Assembly: GCA_029762535.1 (NCBI GenBank)
Contig: JARVGK010000025.1
Location: 1-44,621, forward strand
Reading direction: 5' to 3'
Origin: Thermoplasmatota archaeon
GTDB taxonomy: Archaea > Thermoplasmatota > Penumbrarchaeia > Penumbrarchaeales > Penumbrarchaeaceae
DNA length: 44,621 bases
Under the pieces are notes generated by a model that saw only the letters and a program-made list of their open reading frames with translations, searched no databases and was not told the origin of the DNA. Below, piece after piece: positions 29,058-38,055 of the stretch (the stretch's first letter is position 1; every line of letters starts with the position of its first letter). The translations under genes and the position numbers were made by a program.

Positions 29058-30623
29058 CTACAGGCGGGATCGGAGGATGACGGCGATAACGGCGAAGGCG
29101 CCTATGGCTCCGGCGATCCCGAAACATGTTCCCTCTCCGCCCTTACTCGCCTCCCGGATCGTGAACTCGAGGTCCGGGATCCGGGCATCGGTCCTCAGGC
29201 TGGTGGGGTCCTGCTGCTCCGCAGCATATCCTTCGGAGGTCCGGTCCACGCGGGAGATCTCCCACCCGCCCTCCACCATGATCTCCAGGTCCCCCGGGTC
29301 GTAATAATACATCATGTAGGGGAGATCCCTCATATGATATCCCACGGTATGCGATCCCCCTGAAAGCTCCTCGTGAGGGATGGTGTAGGTCCAACTCAGG
29401 GTCATCGTATCTCCCACGGGAGAGAACAGGGTCTCCTCGAGGAGTACGAGCTCCGGCTCGAGTTCGATCCCGTCGAGCGTCAAGACAGGAACAACCATGG
29501 CATCCAGAACCTGTTCCGGGTCCTGCATCGCCTCGGCGTATCCTGCAGGATCCCCGAACGCCTCAAGGAACATGTATCTAAGGTTCGAAGGGCAATCCAG
29601 ATGTACGATCAGGACCATGTCCTCGGCGGGGCGGATAACGAGCTGGGACCGAAGCCTGCTATAATCGACGTTCCAGACCGATATATCCCACTTCGGCCCG
29701 ATCTCGTCCACGTAGGAGCTCACTCCGTCCTCGAGAGCCTCTCTCGCGAGCGCTCCCACCCTGTCGCGGGTCAGGGGAAGGGCGGGGGAACGGTCCACCT
29801 TGACGATGACAGCGTTGCCGGAAACGACCATGTTCTCGACCACCTCGGATCCGGAGTCAGCGTATTCTATCCTGACGATCCCCTGGGATATCCTCACCTG
29901 GACCAGGTTGGAATGTATCTTGTATTCCACCTCCTTCTTCACGGAAGGCCTTGCGGCAAGGACAAGGGTGAAGGTCACACGCTCCCCGTCATCGACGGCA
30001 TCCAAACCCAGTATGTCCAGATACGGCCTGTCCGCGGATATCTCCTCCCGCTCCACATGCTCTATGAGGTCCTCCTCTCCATCGATGAACGCATATACGA
30101 ACTCGAAGGTGAGATCGTATGTCACGTTCGATCCCGCGTCCGGGCAGACGTCTGTCACCCTCCCGCCGTATGTCGCAAAGGATAGCAGATCGCCCTCCCT
30201 CGCATCCGGGATGTAACTCGCAGGGAAGCTGACCTTGATCTCGTTCGTATGAACGGCGTATGTGTAAGGCATGGGATATTCAAGGTCCTCTATTGCGGTG
30301 TGGCTGACGCCGTTGAAGAACCCATTGTAATATGAAAAAAATGCCTGGCCAATGAAGATCTCATATGCGACCGACCCGGATATCTCCCCCTTGATGATGA
30401 ATGAAGCGTTGATCGTGCCGCTCTCGTTCCTGACGGAGAAGCTCAGGATGTCGGCTGTGTCGGGCCCGCTCGCATCGACGTACTCGTGGATCGTCCCTTT
30501 CACATCCCCGGGGTCGTCCTCCACTGATAGGGAGCGCATCGTGATCTCGCCTGATACGAAGGAGCAGCCAAATACCATGATCCCGATGAACAACAGGGGC
30601 GCGATCCTCGACACGGCCATCAC
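29058..30623 (-). CDS. Secreted, C-terminally anchored surface protein with tandem beta-rich repeats
   Basis: Signal peptide; two related modules (DDPGDV..DIL / DGEEDL..DIL); tail GTCFG + TM + RSRL. Confidence 0.75.
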   Translation of the reverse strand: MMAVSRIAPLLFIGIMVFGCSFVSGEITMRSLSVEDDPGDVKGTIHEYVDASGPDTADILSFSVRNESGTINASFIIKGEISGSVAYEIFIGQAFFSYYNGFFNGVSHTAIEDLEYPMPYTYAVHTNEIKVSFPASYIPDAREGDLLSFATYGGRVTDVCPDAGSNVTYDLTFEFVYAFIDGEEDLIEHVEREEISADRPYLDILGLDAVDDGERVTFTLVLAARPSVKKEVEYKIHSNLVQVRISQGIVRIEYADSGSEVVENMVVSGNAVIVKVDRSPALPLTRDRVGALAREALEDGVSSYVDEIGPKWDISVWNVDYSRLRSQLVIRPAEDMVLIVHLDCPSNLRYMFLEAFGDPAGYAEAMQDPEQVLDAMVVPVLTLDGIELEPELVLLEETLFSPVGDTMTLSWTYTIPHEELSGGSHTVGYHMRDLPYMMYYYDPGDLEIMVEGGWEISRVDRTSEGYAAEQQDPTSLRTDARIPDLEFTIREASKGGEGTCFGIAGAIGAFAVIAVILRSRL

Positions 30624-30683
30624 CCGGCCCTTAGAAATGGCCTTACGAACGATATATAGTTATAGGTCCGCGATCAAAAACAA

Positions 30684-30760
30684 TGGCGCCGCAGGACGGA
30701 TTCGAACCGACGGCCTTACGGTTAACAGCCGTACGCTCTGACCAACTGAGCTACTGCGGC
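30684..30760 (-). tRNA. tRNA-Asn (GTT)
   Basis: GCCGCAGTAGCTCAGTTGGTCAGAGCGTACGGCTGTTAACCGTAAGGCCGTCGGTTCGAATCCGTCCTGCGGCGCCA: cloverleaf, encoded CCA, no intron; upstream TTTTATAT box. Confidence 0.97.
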
Positions 30761-30806
30761 AGGGTTGGGTTCTGACCCAATAATATCTCCCTATATAAAA
30801 ATAGCC

Positions 30807-32438
30807 TCATGCGGCCGGGAGCGGGGCGTCCACCATTCCCAGGTCGGATATGAAGGCCGCATCTTCCTGGACCGAAATATACAGCTTCCGGATCCCGTTC
30901 ACATCGTGGACCTCGATCAACCCCTTCCTCTCAAGGTCCTTGAGGTGCCGAGAGACCGTTCGCCTGGACCGATCCTTAGAAAAATGCCTTGTGACCTTCA
31001 CGGTCGATATCCCGGGAGAATCCCTGATCATCCGCATCATGTCCCTATCGAGAAGCGATATGACGATCCCGCATCCCTTCATCCTGACACCGTCCGGGTA
31101 GAACAGCTTGAACTTCCCCACGCTTCTAGAAGACACCAGCTCCTCCTTCTCCAGTCGATGAAGGTGATAGGTCAGGTTCCCGTTGTTAACGCCGAAATGC
31201 CTCTTCAGGGCGGTGAAGCTGACACCGGGGTTCTCCTTGATGTGTTCGTAGAGCCTGCCCCTGAAGAAGTGGTCCAGGACCTTCTCCCCGCGTGCAAGGG
31301 AGTACAGAGGCACCAGACCGATCGCCAGCCATCGGTACCTGAACGCTTCCGAGGCCGCGTAAAGATACCCCATGTACCCTACGGCCAATACCCCTAAGGC
31401 GCCCGCTCCGCCTCCTATCACAGGAGCCACGTTCATACTACCCTCGACCTTCGATGTCACCATCACCGGCACCATAACCACGTTGCTCGTCACCTCGGAC
31501 CCTTCCATCTCCGCCATAAACCTCAGAGGCACCGTCCTCCTGCCGGGACCCCCTCCGACGTCAAGATGGAACTCTCGCCTCTGGAGTTCCCCCACCAGAC
31601 CATCGCCCTCCAGAGCCGCCTGGGATCCGTCCAACGCTTCCACGGACGTGATCCGCGCATCGGCGCCGAGCGCCATCACCATGACGTTGTTGTATCCCCC
31701 TACCAACGACGGCAGGGCGATGATGGCATGCCTTTTTCCAAACAGTATGTGTACGAACTCCCCGTCAGGGTAGAATACGATCTCGTGCGAGAGCGAGGAC
31801 CGGTCCATATCCAATGTCGCCACCAGCTCGCTCTCGACGCTGTAAGGAACGCTCACAACGATGGAGGACCCAGCCTCCACTGGCCGGGGTGCCGCTTCGA
31901 GACCTAACTCGTTCGATACGACGCCGATCAAGGCCTGAGCATTGCCATCGTTCACGACGGTGATGTTGAAGGACCCTGTCAGTGGCATGTCCAGAAGGTA
32001 TTCTCCGGGGAAGATCGCGTATGAAGAGCTGAATGGAAGGACCCTCACCGTGCATTTTGCACTCCAGGAGGAGGTCTTTCCCTCGGCGGAGGCGGCCACG
32101 ACCAGATCCCCCGTGGCCAGGGCCTTCTCCCCGCGGGGAACGAAGACCCTCACCGGGGCAGTGCCCGAGGAGAGAGCGGCCATGGATATCGATCCCTGGA
32201 CCTCCGCTCTCCATTCCGGCTGGCCGTCGATCCTTGACGACAGGAGGAAGGTGGCGGCCTCGGGATAGGGATTCCTCAGCGTGGCGTTGACCGTGACGAA
32301 AACGGGATCGGAAGGCCCTACGCCCACGTTGATGCTCTCATCGGAAAGCGAAAGCACCTCCGGGACCGCGAGGGCATGGCCCGAACCTAGGACCAACAAC
32401 ATCAGGGCGGATGAGAGCAATAATGCGGCATGCTTCAT
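30807..32438 (-). CDS. Membrane-anchored transcription regulator: extracellular beta domains + TM + tandem winged-HTH
   Basis: Signal peptide; TM; PLYS..VLDHFFRGRLYEHIKENPG..NGNLTYHLHRLEK; second HTH PGIS..TVSRHLKDLERKGLI. Confidence 0.85.
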   Translation of the reverse strand: MKHAALLLSSALMLLVLGSGHALAVPEVLSLSDESINVGVGPSDPVFVTVNATLRNPYPEAATFLLSSRIDGQPEWRAEVQGSISMAALSSGTAPVRVFVPRGEKALATGDLVVAASAEGKTSSWSAKCTVRVLPFSSSYAIFPGEYLLDMPLTGSFNITVVNDGNAQALIGVVSNELGLEAAPRPVEAGSSIVVSVPYSVESELVATLDMDRSSLSHEIVFYPDGEFVHILFGKRHAIIALPSLVGGYNNVMVMALGADARITSVEALDGSQAALEGDGLVGELQRREFHLDVGGGPGRRTVPLRFMAEMEGSEVTSNVVMVPVMVTSKVEGSMNVAPVIGGGAGALGVLAVGYMGYLYAASEAFRYRWLAIGLVPLYSLARGEKVLDHFFRGRLYEHIKENPGVSFTALKRHFGVNNGNLTYHLHRLEKEELVSSRSVGKFKLFYPDGVRMKGCGIVISLLDRDMMRMIRDSPGISTVKVTRHFSKDRSRRTVSRHLKDLERKGLIEVHDVNGIRKLYISVQEDAAFISDLGMVDAPLPAA

Positions 32439-32496
32439 CGAAACATAATGCCATTGAGGATTATTTAAAGGGTGTTGAACTAAAGCGGCGACCGTT

Positions 32497-32859
32497 TCAG
32501 GACAGCTCGAGGAGCAGTTCCTCGGCCCCCCCGGTCACCTTGACCTCTACATCTCCCAACCCGGAATCCCCGGAAGTGAAGTTAACGACCCCCATGAAGG
32601 CGGCCTGTTTGTTGAGAAAGAAATGCAACGAATCCCCATCCAGGGACCTTCTGAGCACCATCAAGGCGCTGTCCTTTATCCTCTGGTCCTTAACCTTGTG
32701 AACGAACGCGTCCAAGGACCCGGCGACAACAATTACCCGATCATCATCGCCGCCAAGAACGCCGTCGGGAAAGATCTGCGATACGGCCGACCGGACCTTC
32801 AGCACATCCTCCGTGGGATGGACCGGTACGCTGGCCTCAACGATCATACGAGGCCTCAT
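32497..32859 (-). CDS. UPF0201/DUF54 RNA-binding-like protein
   Basis: VHPTED..KV..AV..IFP, QRIKDSA, LNKQAAF.G.VNF. Confidence 0.9.
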   Translation of the reverse strand: MRPRMIVEASVPVHPTEDVLKVRSAVSQIFPDGVLGGDDDRVIVVAGSLDAFVHKVKDQRIKDSALMVLRRSLDGDSLHFFLNKQAAFMGVVNFTSGDSGLGDVEVKVTGGAEELLLELS

Positions 32860-33122
32860 AGCAGGCCCATCTCGACGACCTCGACGGATTGGACGCCCTC
32901 TGTGGAGTTCAGCTTCTCCTCGAGCTCCTCGCCGCCGCCCTTCTTATCGTCGAGCACCACGGCCCACATGAGCATCTTCAATCCGAAGAACGCCGGGACG
33001 ATCTCGGACTGGGATACCCTGCCGTGCTCGGGGACGTATGTCGCGAACCTGTCGGATATCGCCTGCAGGTCCACGTCGGTTCCCTCGGGCATTACCTTGT
33101 ATCTGATGAGTACATCGCCCAT
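32856..33122 (-). CDS. ef1b: Archaeal elongation factor 1-beta
   Basis: MGDV...YKVMPE, P.FFGLK.L, EGVQSVEV; AGGTGTGA RBS. Confidence 0.93.
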   Translation of the reverse strand: MGDVLIRYKVMPEGTDVDLQAISDRFATYVPEHGRVSQSEIVPAFFGLKMLMWAVVLDDKKGGGEELEEKLNSTEGVQSVEVVEMGLL

Positions 33123-33134
33123 GTCACACACCTC

Positions 33135-33305
33135 TCAAGGTCCCTCGAAACCGCAGCCGGGGCATATGTATATGGCCGACTGGTTCCTGCAGTTGCCACA
33201 TCTACCAAGCTGGACATTGTTGCAGTTCGGGCAGATGAACATGACGTCATGCTCCCTCGAGAGGGGTATTCCACATGAGGTGCATCGAGATATCGGATCG
33301 GGCAT
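33135..33305 (-). CDS. Zn-ribbon RNA-binding protein (HVO_2753/DUF1610 family)
   Basis: Manual translation MPDPISRCTSCGIPL...FICPNC...RCGNCR...YICPGCGFEGP*; conserved position upstream of aEF-1beta. Confidence 0.92.
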   Translation of the reverse strand: MPDPISRCTSCGIPLSREHDVMFICPNCNNVQLGRCGNCRNQSAIYICPGCGFEGP

Positions 33306-33409
33306 GGTGTTCGCCTCTTTTTCGCCCTTTAATGGGTCTTTCCATTTAAGCCTTTCCAGGTAATGGCCAATGTTTATTTACCCGCTTCCTTTTGTCATCA
33401 ACGATCCCC

Positions 33410-34609
33410 ATGGATAAAGCGATAGAGATCACGGATGAGATATACTGGATAGGCGTCAACGACAGGGAGACGCATCTTTTCGAGGCTTTGTGGCCCCTTC
33501 CCTACGGCGTGTCCTACAACTCCTACATCATAATGGACGAGAAGGTGGCGATCGTCGACACCGTCAAATTCACGGCTACCGGAACGTTCCTGGACAAGAT
33601 AAGCGACATACTATGCGGAAGGGACATCGACTATCTCGTGATCAACCACATGGAGCCGGACCACTCGGGCTCGATCAGGAGCCTCATAGAGCTTTACCCT
33701 GGTATAACGATAATCGGCAACAGGAAGACCGCGGAGTTCCTTGACAACTTCTACGGGATCGTGGACAACGTGAAAGTGGTAGAGGACGGCGAGTCCCTCT
33801 CACTGGGAAAGCACGATCTCACTTTCCACCTTACACCGATGGTACACTGGCCAGAGACCATGATGACCTACGACAGGACCAGCGGGATACTGTTCTCGGG
33901 GGACGCCTTCGGGGGCTTCGGGACCCTTGACGGATCGATATTCGACGACGAGCTCAACATCAAGTTCTTCGCGGATGAGATCTCCCGCTACTACACCAAC
34001 ATCGTCGCGAAGTTCAGCCCCATGGTCCAGTCCGCCCTCAAGAAGCTGTCGGGGCTCGATATAAGCATCATATGCGCGACCCACGGCCCCATCTGGAGGA
34101 AGAACCCCGAGTTCATAATAGATTACTACGACAGGCTCAGCCGCCAGGAGACGGAGGAGGGGGTCGTCATCGTCTACGGCTCGATGTACGGGAACACGAA
34201 GAAGATGGCCGAGGCGGTGGCAAGGGGGATCGCCCACGAGGGCATCCGAAACATCAGGATATACGATGCGTCAAAGACGCATCTATCCTACCTGATCAAC
34301 GATATCTGGAGGTACAGGGGGCTCGTCATAGGCTCCTGCACCTACAACGGCGGGATGTTCCCACCCATCTCCCAGCTCGTGCATTTCATGGAGAAGGCAA
34401 GGGTGAAGAACCATGTCGTGGGCGTGTTCGGATCCTACAGCTGGAGCGGCGAGGGCATAAAGGACCTGGAATCCTTCGCCAGATCGAGCTCCTGCAAATT
34501 CATCGAGCCCGCGGTATCGGCCCTGGCATGTCCCAAGGACGACGCTCTGGCATCCCTGTTCGACATGGGCAGCTCTCTGGCCAGAGAGGTCAAGGCCTTC
34601 AAGTGCTGA
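33410..34609 (+). CDS. fprA: Flavodiiron protein (FprA, O2/NO reductase)
   Basis: YNSY, NHMEPDHSG, VHWPETM, SGDAFG, THGPIW; flavodoxin YGSMYGNT and FGSYSWSG. Confidence 0.95.
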   Translation: MDKAIEITDEIYWIGVNDRETHLFEALWPLPYGVSYNSYIIMDEKVAIVDTVKFTATGTFLDKISDILCGRDIDYLVINHMEPDHSGSIRSLIELYPGITIIGNRKTAEFLDNFYGIVDNVKVVEDGESLSLGKHDLTFHLTPMVHWPETMMTYDRTSGILFSGDAFGGFGTLDGSIFDDELNIKFFADEISRYYTNIVAKFSPMVQSALKKLSGLDISIICATHGPIWRKNPEFIIDYYDRLSRQETEEGVVIVYGSMYGNTKKMAEAVARGIAHEGIRNIRIYDASKTHLSYLINDIWRYRGLVIGSCTYNGGMFPPISQLVHFMEKARVKNHVVGVFGSYSWSGEGIKDLESFARSSSCKFIEPAVSALACPKDDALASLFDMGSSLAREVKAFKC

Positions 34610-34658
34610 AATATCAGACCCAGCATGGTTTTATTTCCATGTCCAGTGTTCGGCCCCC

Positions 34659-35084
34659 ATGGTGAAGCGGATGCAGACTTGGATGATATTCGTCATACTC
34701 TCCTTTCTCATGTACGGATTGTGGGCCTTCCTCCCCAAGATCGCCTCGAAGGACCTTGACCCGAGGACCATACTGATCTTCGAGGGCATTGGCACGCTGG
34801 CCGTGGTCATGGTCCTCTTCTTGATAGCTGGCTTTAAAGTGCCCACGCACAGGACCGGGACACCGGTCGCGATCATGGCCGGATCTTTCGGGGCCGTCGG
34901 GTCCTTGCTGTTCCTGATGGCCCTCTCCAAAGGCAACACCTCGGTGGTCGTGACCGCCACCGCGCTCTATCCCCTTATGGTCATCGTGCTATCGAGCGTG
35001 TTCCTCAAAGAGCACCTTGAGGTTCGACAGATCGCCGGGATCGTACTCGCCCTTGCGGCCATGGTCCTCTTCGCCTGGAAATGA
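34659..35084 (+). CDS. EamA/DMT single-domain transporter
   Basis: GLWAFLPK, ALSKG..SVV..ALYP, FLKE; ~5 TM helices. Confidence 0.88.
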   Translation: MVKRMQTWMIFVILSFLMYGLWAFLPKIASKDLDPRTILIFEGIGTLAVVMVLFLIAGFKVPTHRTGTPVAIMAGSFGAVGSLLFLMALSKGNTSVVVTATALYPLMVIVLSSVFLKEHLEVRQIAGIVLALAAMVLFAWK

Positions 35085-35119
35085 AAAGGTATTTCCGAGA
35101 AGTATGCCTTTTGACCTCC

Positions 35120-36214
35120 ATGAGGATAAGGACCGTCACACTGATGATGGACATCGATCCGAACATCATGGACGAACAGATCGAGGAGGCCTCAGCCTTC
35201 CTTCAGGGAGCACGGGAGACCTTTCGGGAGGGAGGATGGGAGGTGCAGACAGTACGGGCCTCCACCCAGCCTTTTGGTAATTATTTGGGCCCCGATAACC
35301 TAGATACCGCTATCGAACTCGACCGTCTCGCGGTTAGATCCGGGATAGACCATATCGGAATAGGTCCTGCCATCGACCCACTCCAGATAGGAATGGTCCC
35401 CCGGATCCTCGAAAGAACGCTAAGGACCAGCGCCTCCTGCATCATCTGCTCTGACAGCATCATCGAGGAGAACATCATATCGGCCGCCAGGGCCGTGAAG
35501 GCCATATCGGGGATCGAGAAGGATGGTATGAAGAACTTCCATTTCTGCTGCATGGCGACATGCCCTCCCGGCATCCCCTTCTTTCCAGCATCCTACAGCT
35601 CGGGGGAAGGACCCTCCTTCTCCATCGGACTCGAGTCGGCGGACCTTCTCCACACTGGAAACGAGAGGGCGCCTTTCGAGGAGCGTTTCAAAGCGTACAC
35701 CGATGCATGCCTCTCCATCGAGATGGTCGCCTCGGGGCTCGGGGGTTTCGAGTACGCCGGGATCGACACCTCTCTGAATCCTTCCATATCGCCGGAAGGC
35801 TCCGCCGCCCTCGTCATAGAGGGGCTTTCCGGTTCGCCGTTCGGATCCCCCGGCACTCTGGCGGCATGTTCCGAACTCACCGATCGCTTAAGGTCGATCC
35901 CGATCAAAAGGACCGGATTTTGCGGGCTGATGTTCCCCATCATGGAGGACGCGCATCTCGCCTCCCTGGCGGATGACGGCCTTCTCGACCTGCAGAGGTT
36001 GCTTCTGTATTCATCCGTTTGCGGCACGGGGCTCGACGCCGTTCCGCTCCGGGGGGATATATCCGAGTCGGTGCTCTCCTCGATACTCAGGGACGTAGCA
36101 CATCTGTCATGGAGGCTTGGAAAACCCCTCACCGCAAGGCTTCTGCCCTGCCCTGGGAAGAGAACAGAACTCTCCTCGGAGCATCTCATAAACTGCAGGG
36201 TGATCGATCCATAG
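35120..36214 (+). CDS. DUF711 (UPF0210) family protein
   Basis: MRIRTVT, VQTVR, PFFPASY, GIDTSL, GFCGLMFPIMED, SSVCGTGLDAVP, KPLTARL. Confidence 0.88.
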   Translation: MRIRTVTLMMDIDPNIMDEQIEEASAFLQGARETFREGGWEVQTVRASTQPFGNYLGPDNLDTAIELDRLAVRSGIDHIGIGPAIDPLQIGMVPRILERTLRTSASCIICSDSIIEENIISAARAVKAISGIEKDGMKNFHFCCMATCPPGIPFFPASYSSGEGPSFSIGLESADLLHTGNERAPFEERFKAYTDACLSIEMVASGLGGFEYAGIDTSLNPSISPEGSAALVIEGLSGSPFGSPGTLAACSELTDRLRSIPIKRTGFCGLMFPIMEDAHLASLADDGLLDLQRLLLYSSVCGTGLDAVPLRGDISESVLSSILRDVAHLSWRLGKPLTARLLPCPGKRTELSSEHLINCRVIDP

Positions 36215-36217
36215 ACC

Positions 36218-36541
36218 TCAGAGGAAGTCCTTCATCCTCGGGATCAGCGTATCGGCCCTCGTGAGGCCTGTCCAGCCCTCCACCGGCCTGCCGTCAACGA
36301 ACAGATAAAGCTGTGGTATTCCCCTCACTCCGAACCTCTGGGCCAGTGAGGGGTTCACATCCACATTCACCTTGGCGACCTGCACGCCCTCCGGAACTTC
36401 GGCCTTGGCCGCCTCGAGTATTCGGCCCTGCATCTGGCAGGGCATACACCAGGGTGCCCAGAAATCCACCAGTACTACGCGGTTCTCCTTGAGGAATGCG
36501 TCGAAGTTGTTGGCATCAAGCATATGAATATCGGGATCCAT
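36218..36541 (-). CDS. trxA: Thioredoxin
   Basis: VLVDFWAPWCMPC, KVNVD, GVRGIP; AGGAGG RBS before ATG 36541. Confidence 0.93.
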   Translation of the reverse strand: MDPDIHMLDANNFDAFLKENRVVLVDFWAPWCMPCQMQGRILEAAKAEVPEGVQVAKVNVDVNPSLAQRFGVRGIPQLYLFVDGRPVEGWTGLTRADTLIPRMKDFL

Positions 36542-36615
36542 GTCGGTCCTCCTGTAGTTAGGCGCCAACCAACAAAGTCCATATCTCACTTGTCCCATAC
36601 ACTACAGGGTATGCG

Positions 36616-36990
36616 ATGGCAGGACCGGACCGATCAAGAAAGATCAGGATGAGCACGGATGAGATGATGGAGTTCTTCTTCCACATCAAGGGCGAGGACC
36701 TGTGCATCTACAGGGACCTCCTCAAGAGCGGGCCAGCCACCGCCAAGGAGCTCGGCGGAAGGATGGGGAAAGACCGGGGGCCAGTTTATTCCGGGGTCAC
36801 ATCTCTCGTTAGGACGGGACTGGTGAGGAAGACCGTCAAGAAACGCAAGGCCGGAGGGCTCTACTACGTGTATGATGCGATGGAGCCGGAGAAGGTCCAC
36901 GACCTCCTCTGTGAGCGGATCAAGGACTGGCAGAACTCGATCGAATCCTCCCTCACCAAGGTCTGCTCGGACCTCAGGAAGGCCGGATGA
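36616..36990 (+). CDS. TrmB-like HTH transcriptional regulator
   Basis: IY..LL..GPATAKEL...DR..VY..V..L...GLV, GG.YYVY. Confidence 0.85.
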   Translation: MAGPDRSRKIRMSTDEMMEFFFHIKGEDLCIYRDLLKSGPATAKELGGRMGKDRGPVYSGVTSLVRTGLVRKTVKKRKAGGLYYVYDAMEPEKVHDLLCERIKDWQNSIESSLTKVCSDLRKAG

Positions 36991-38035
36991 CCTTTCTCTG
37001 CACCCCTATGAAGTTGATGGCCCAGGTCGATAGATACCCCAGCCCAAGCTCGAACGCGTAAGAGTTCATCTGGGTGAGTATAGCCACCGTAATGGCCGGA
37101 CCGGGGCTGACCCCCATCGCCACGTAAAGCCCGTACATCATGGTCTCCGAAATGCCGACCATCCCCGGGAGCTGGCTTATCAGGCCTACGATGAAAGTGA
37201 TGTGAACGGCCACGGCCACGGTCAGAACGCTCACCTGAAAGCCCACCGCCATGAAGAACATGTAGGCGGCGGCGATCCTCAAGAAATACATCAGTACCGC
37301 AAGGAAGATGTCAATAGACATCATGATCGGGTCCTTCAGCATCTCCTTGAATGACTCCCTGAAGCTTGAAAAACCCTCCTTGACCCTCTCCACGACGTGT
37401 TTTTTGTCGAAGGGGGATGTCCCTTTGAAGAATTTGGTCACCAGGTAGGCGACGTTGACCATCCTGTCTATCCTCCACCTCTTCATGCTTTTTAGAACTA
37501 GGAAGGAAACGCCTCCCACAACCAGCCAGAAGACGAAGAAGATGAAAAGGAAATACTTCAGAAGAGGAGGCATGTCGTATTTCGCGTAAGCGTATATCAT
37601 GGCCGGGATCAGCACAATGATCATACCCACGGTCAGCCCCATCTTGTCGACCATGGTCGCGGCGAATACCTCGGAGAACCGGGCCCTGTACCTCCTGGCA
37701 ACGGCCCCTGCCCTCACGGGCTCTCCTGCGAGCCTGCCGCTTGGCGTTGTGATATTGACGAAATTACCGGTCATGTTGGCGAGCATTACGTAGGGGAACC
37801 GGGCCCTTGGAACCCTTTTACTGACCAGCAGATACCACTTGATGGCCCAGGCGAGCTGAATGCAAAGGAACGCTATGATCGCAAGCAGGACGTGCTGCAG
37901 GTTCAGACCGAGCATCGTCGAGAGGACCTCACGCCCCCTTAACGAGAATATCACTATTATCACTACCAGCAAAATGAGGAGCGCCACTGCGGTGTAGAGC
38001 TTTCTCCTGGTGCCGGTGTCCATGTTACGGTTCAA
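36974..38035 (-). CDS. UPF0104 / lysylphosphatidylglycerol-synthase-TM flippase-like protein
   Basis: FVNITTPSGRLAGEPVR, LPGMVGISE; multi-TM. Confidence 0.88.
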   Translation of the reverse strand: MNRNMDTGTRRKLYTAVALLILLVVIIVIFSLRGREVLSTMLGLNLQHVLLAIIAFLCIQLAWAIKWYLLVSKRVPRARFPYVMLANMTGNFVNITTPSGRLAGEPVRAGAVARRYRARFSEVFAATMVDKMGLTVGMIIVLIPAMIYAYAKYDMPPLLKYFLFIFFVFWLVVGGVSFLVLKSMKRWRIDRMVNVAYLVTKFFKGTSPFDKKHVVERVKEGFSSFRESFKEMLKDPIMMSIDIFLAVLMYFLRIAAAYMFFMAVGFQVSVLTVAVAVHITFIVGLISQLPGMVGISETMMYGLYVAMGVSPGPAITVAILTQMNSYAFELGLGYLSTWAINFIGVQRKVIRPS

Positions 38036-38055
38036 GACATATCCTGTAAAAATAT

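Noticed and set aside
33300-33345. Fluoride riboswitch-like string GGGCATGGTGTTCGCC...TAATG
   Set aside because: Lacks the GATGG spacing and the 3' pseudoknot partner (GACACC); it is simply the antisense of the Zn-ribbon gene start and RBS
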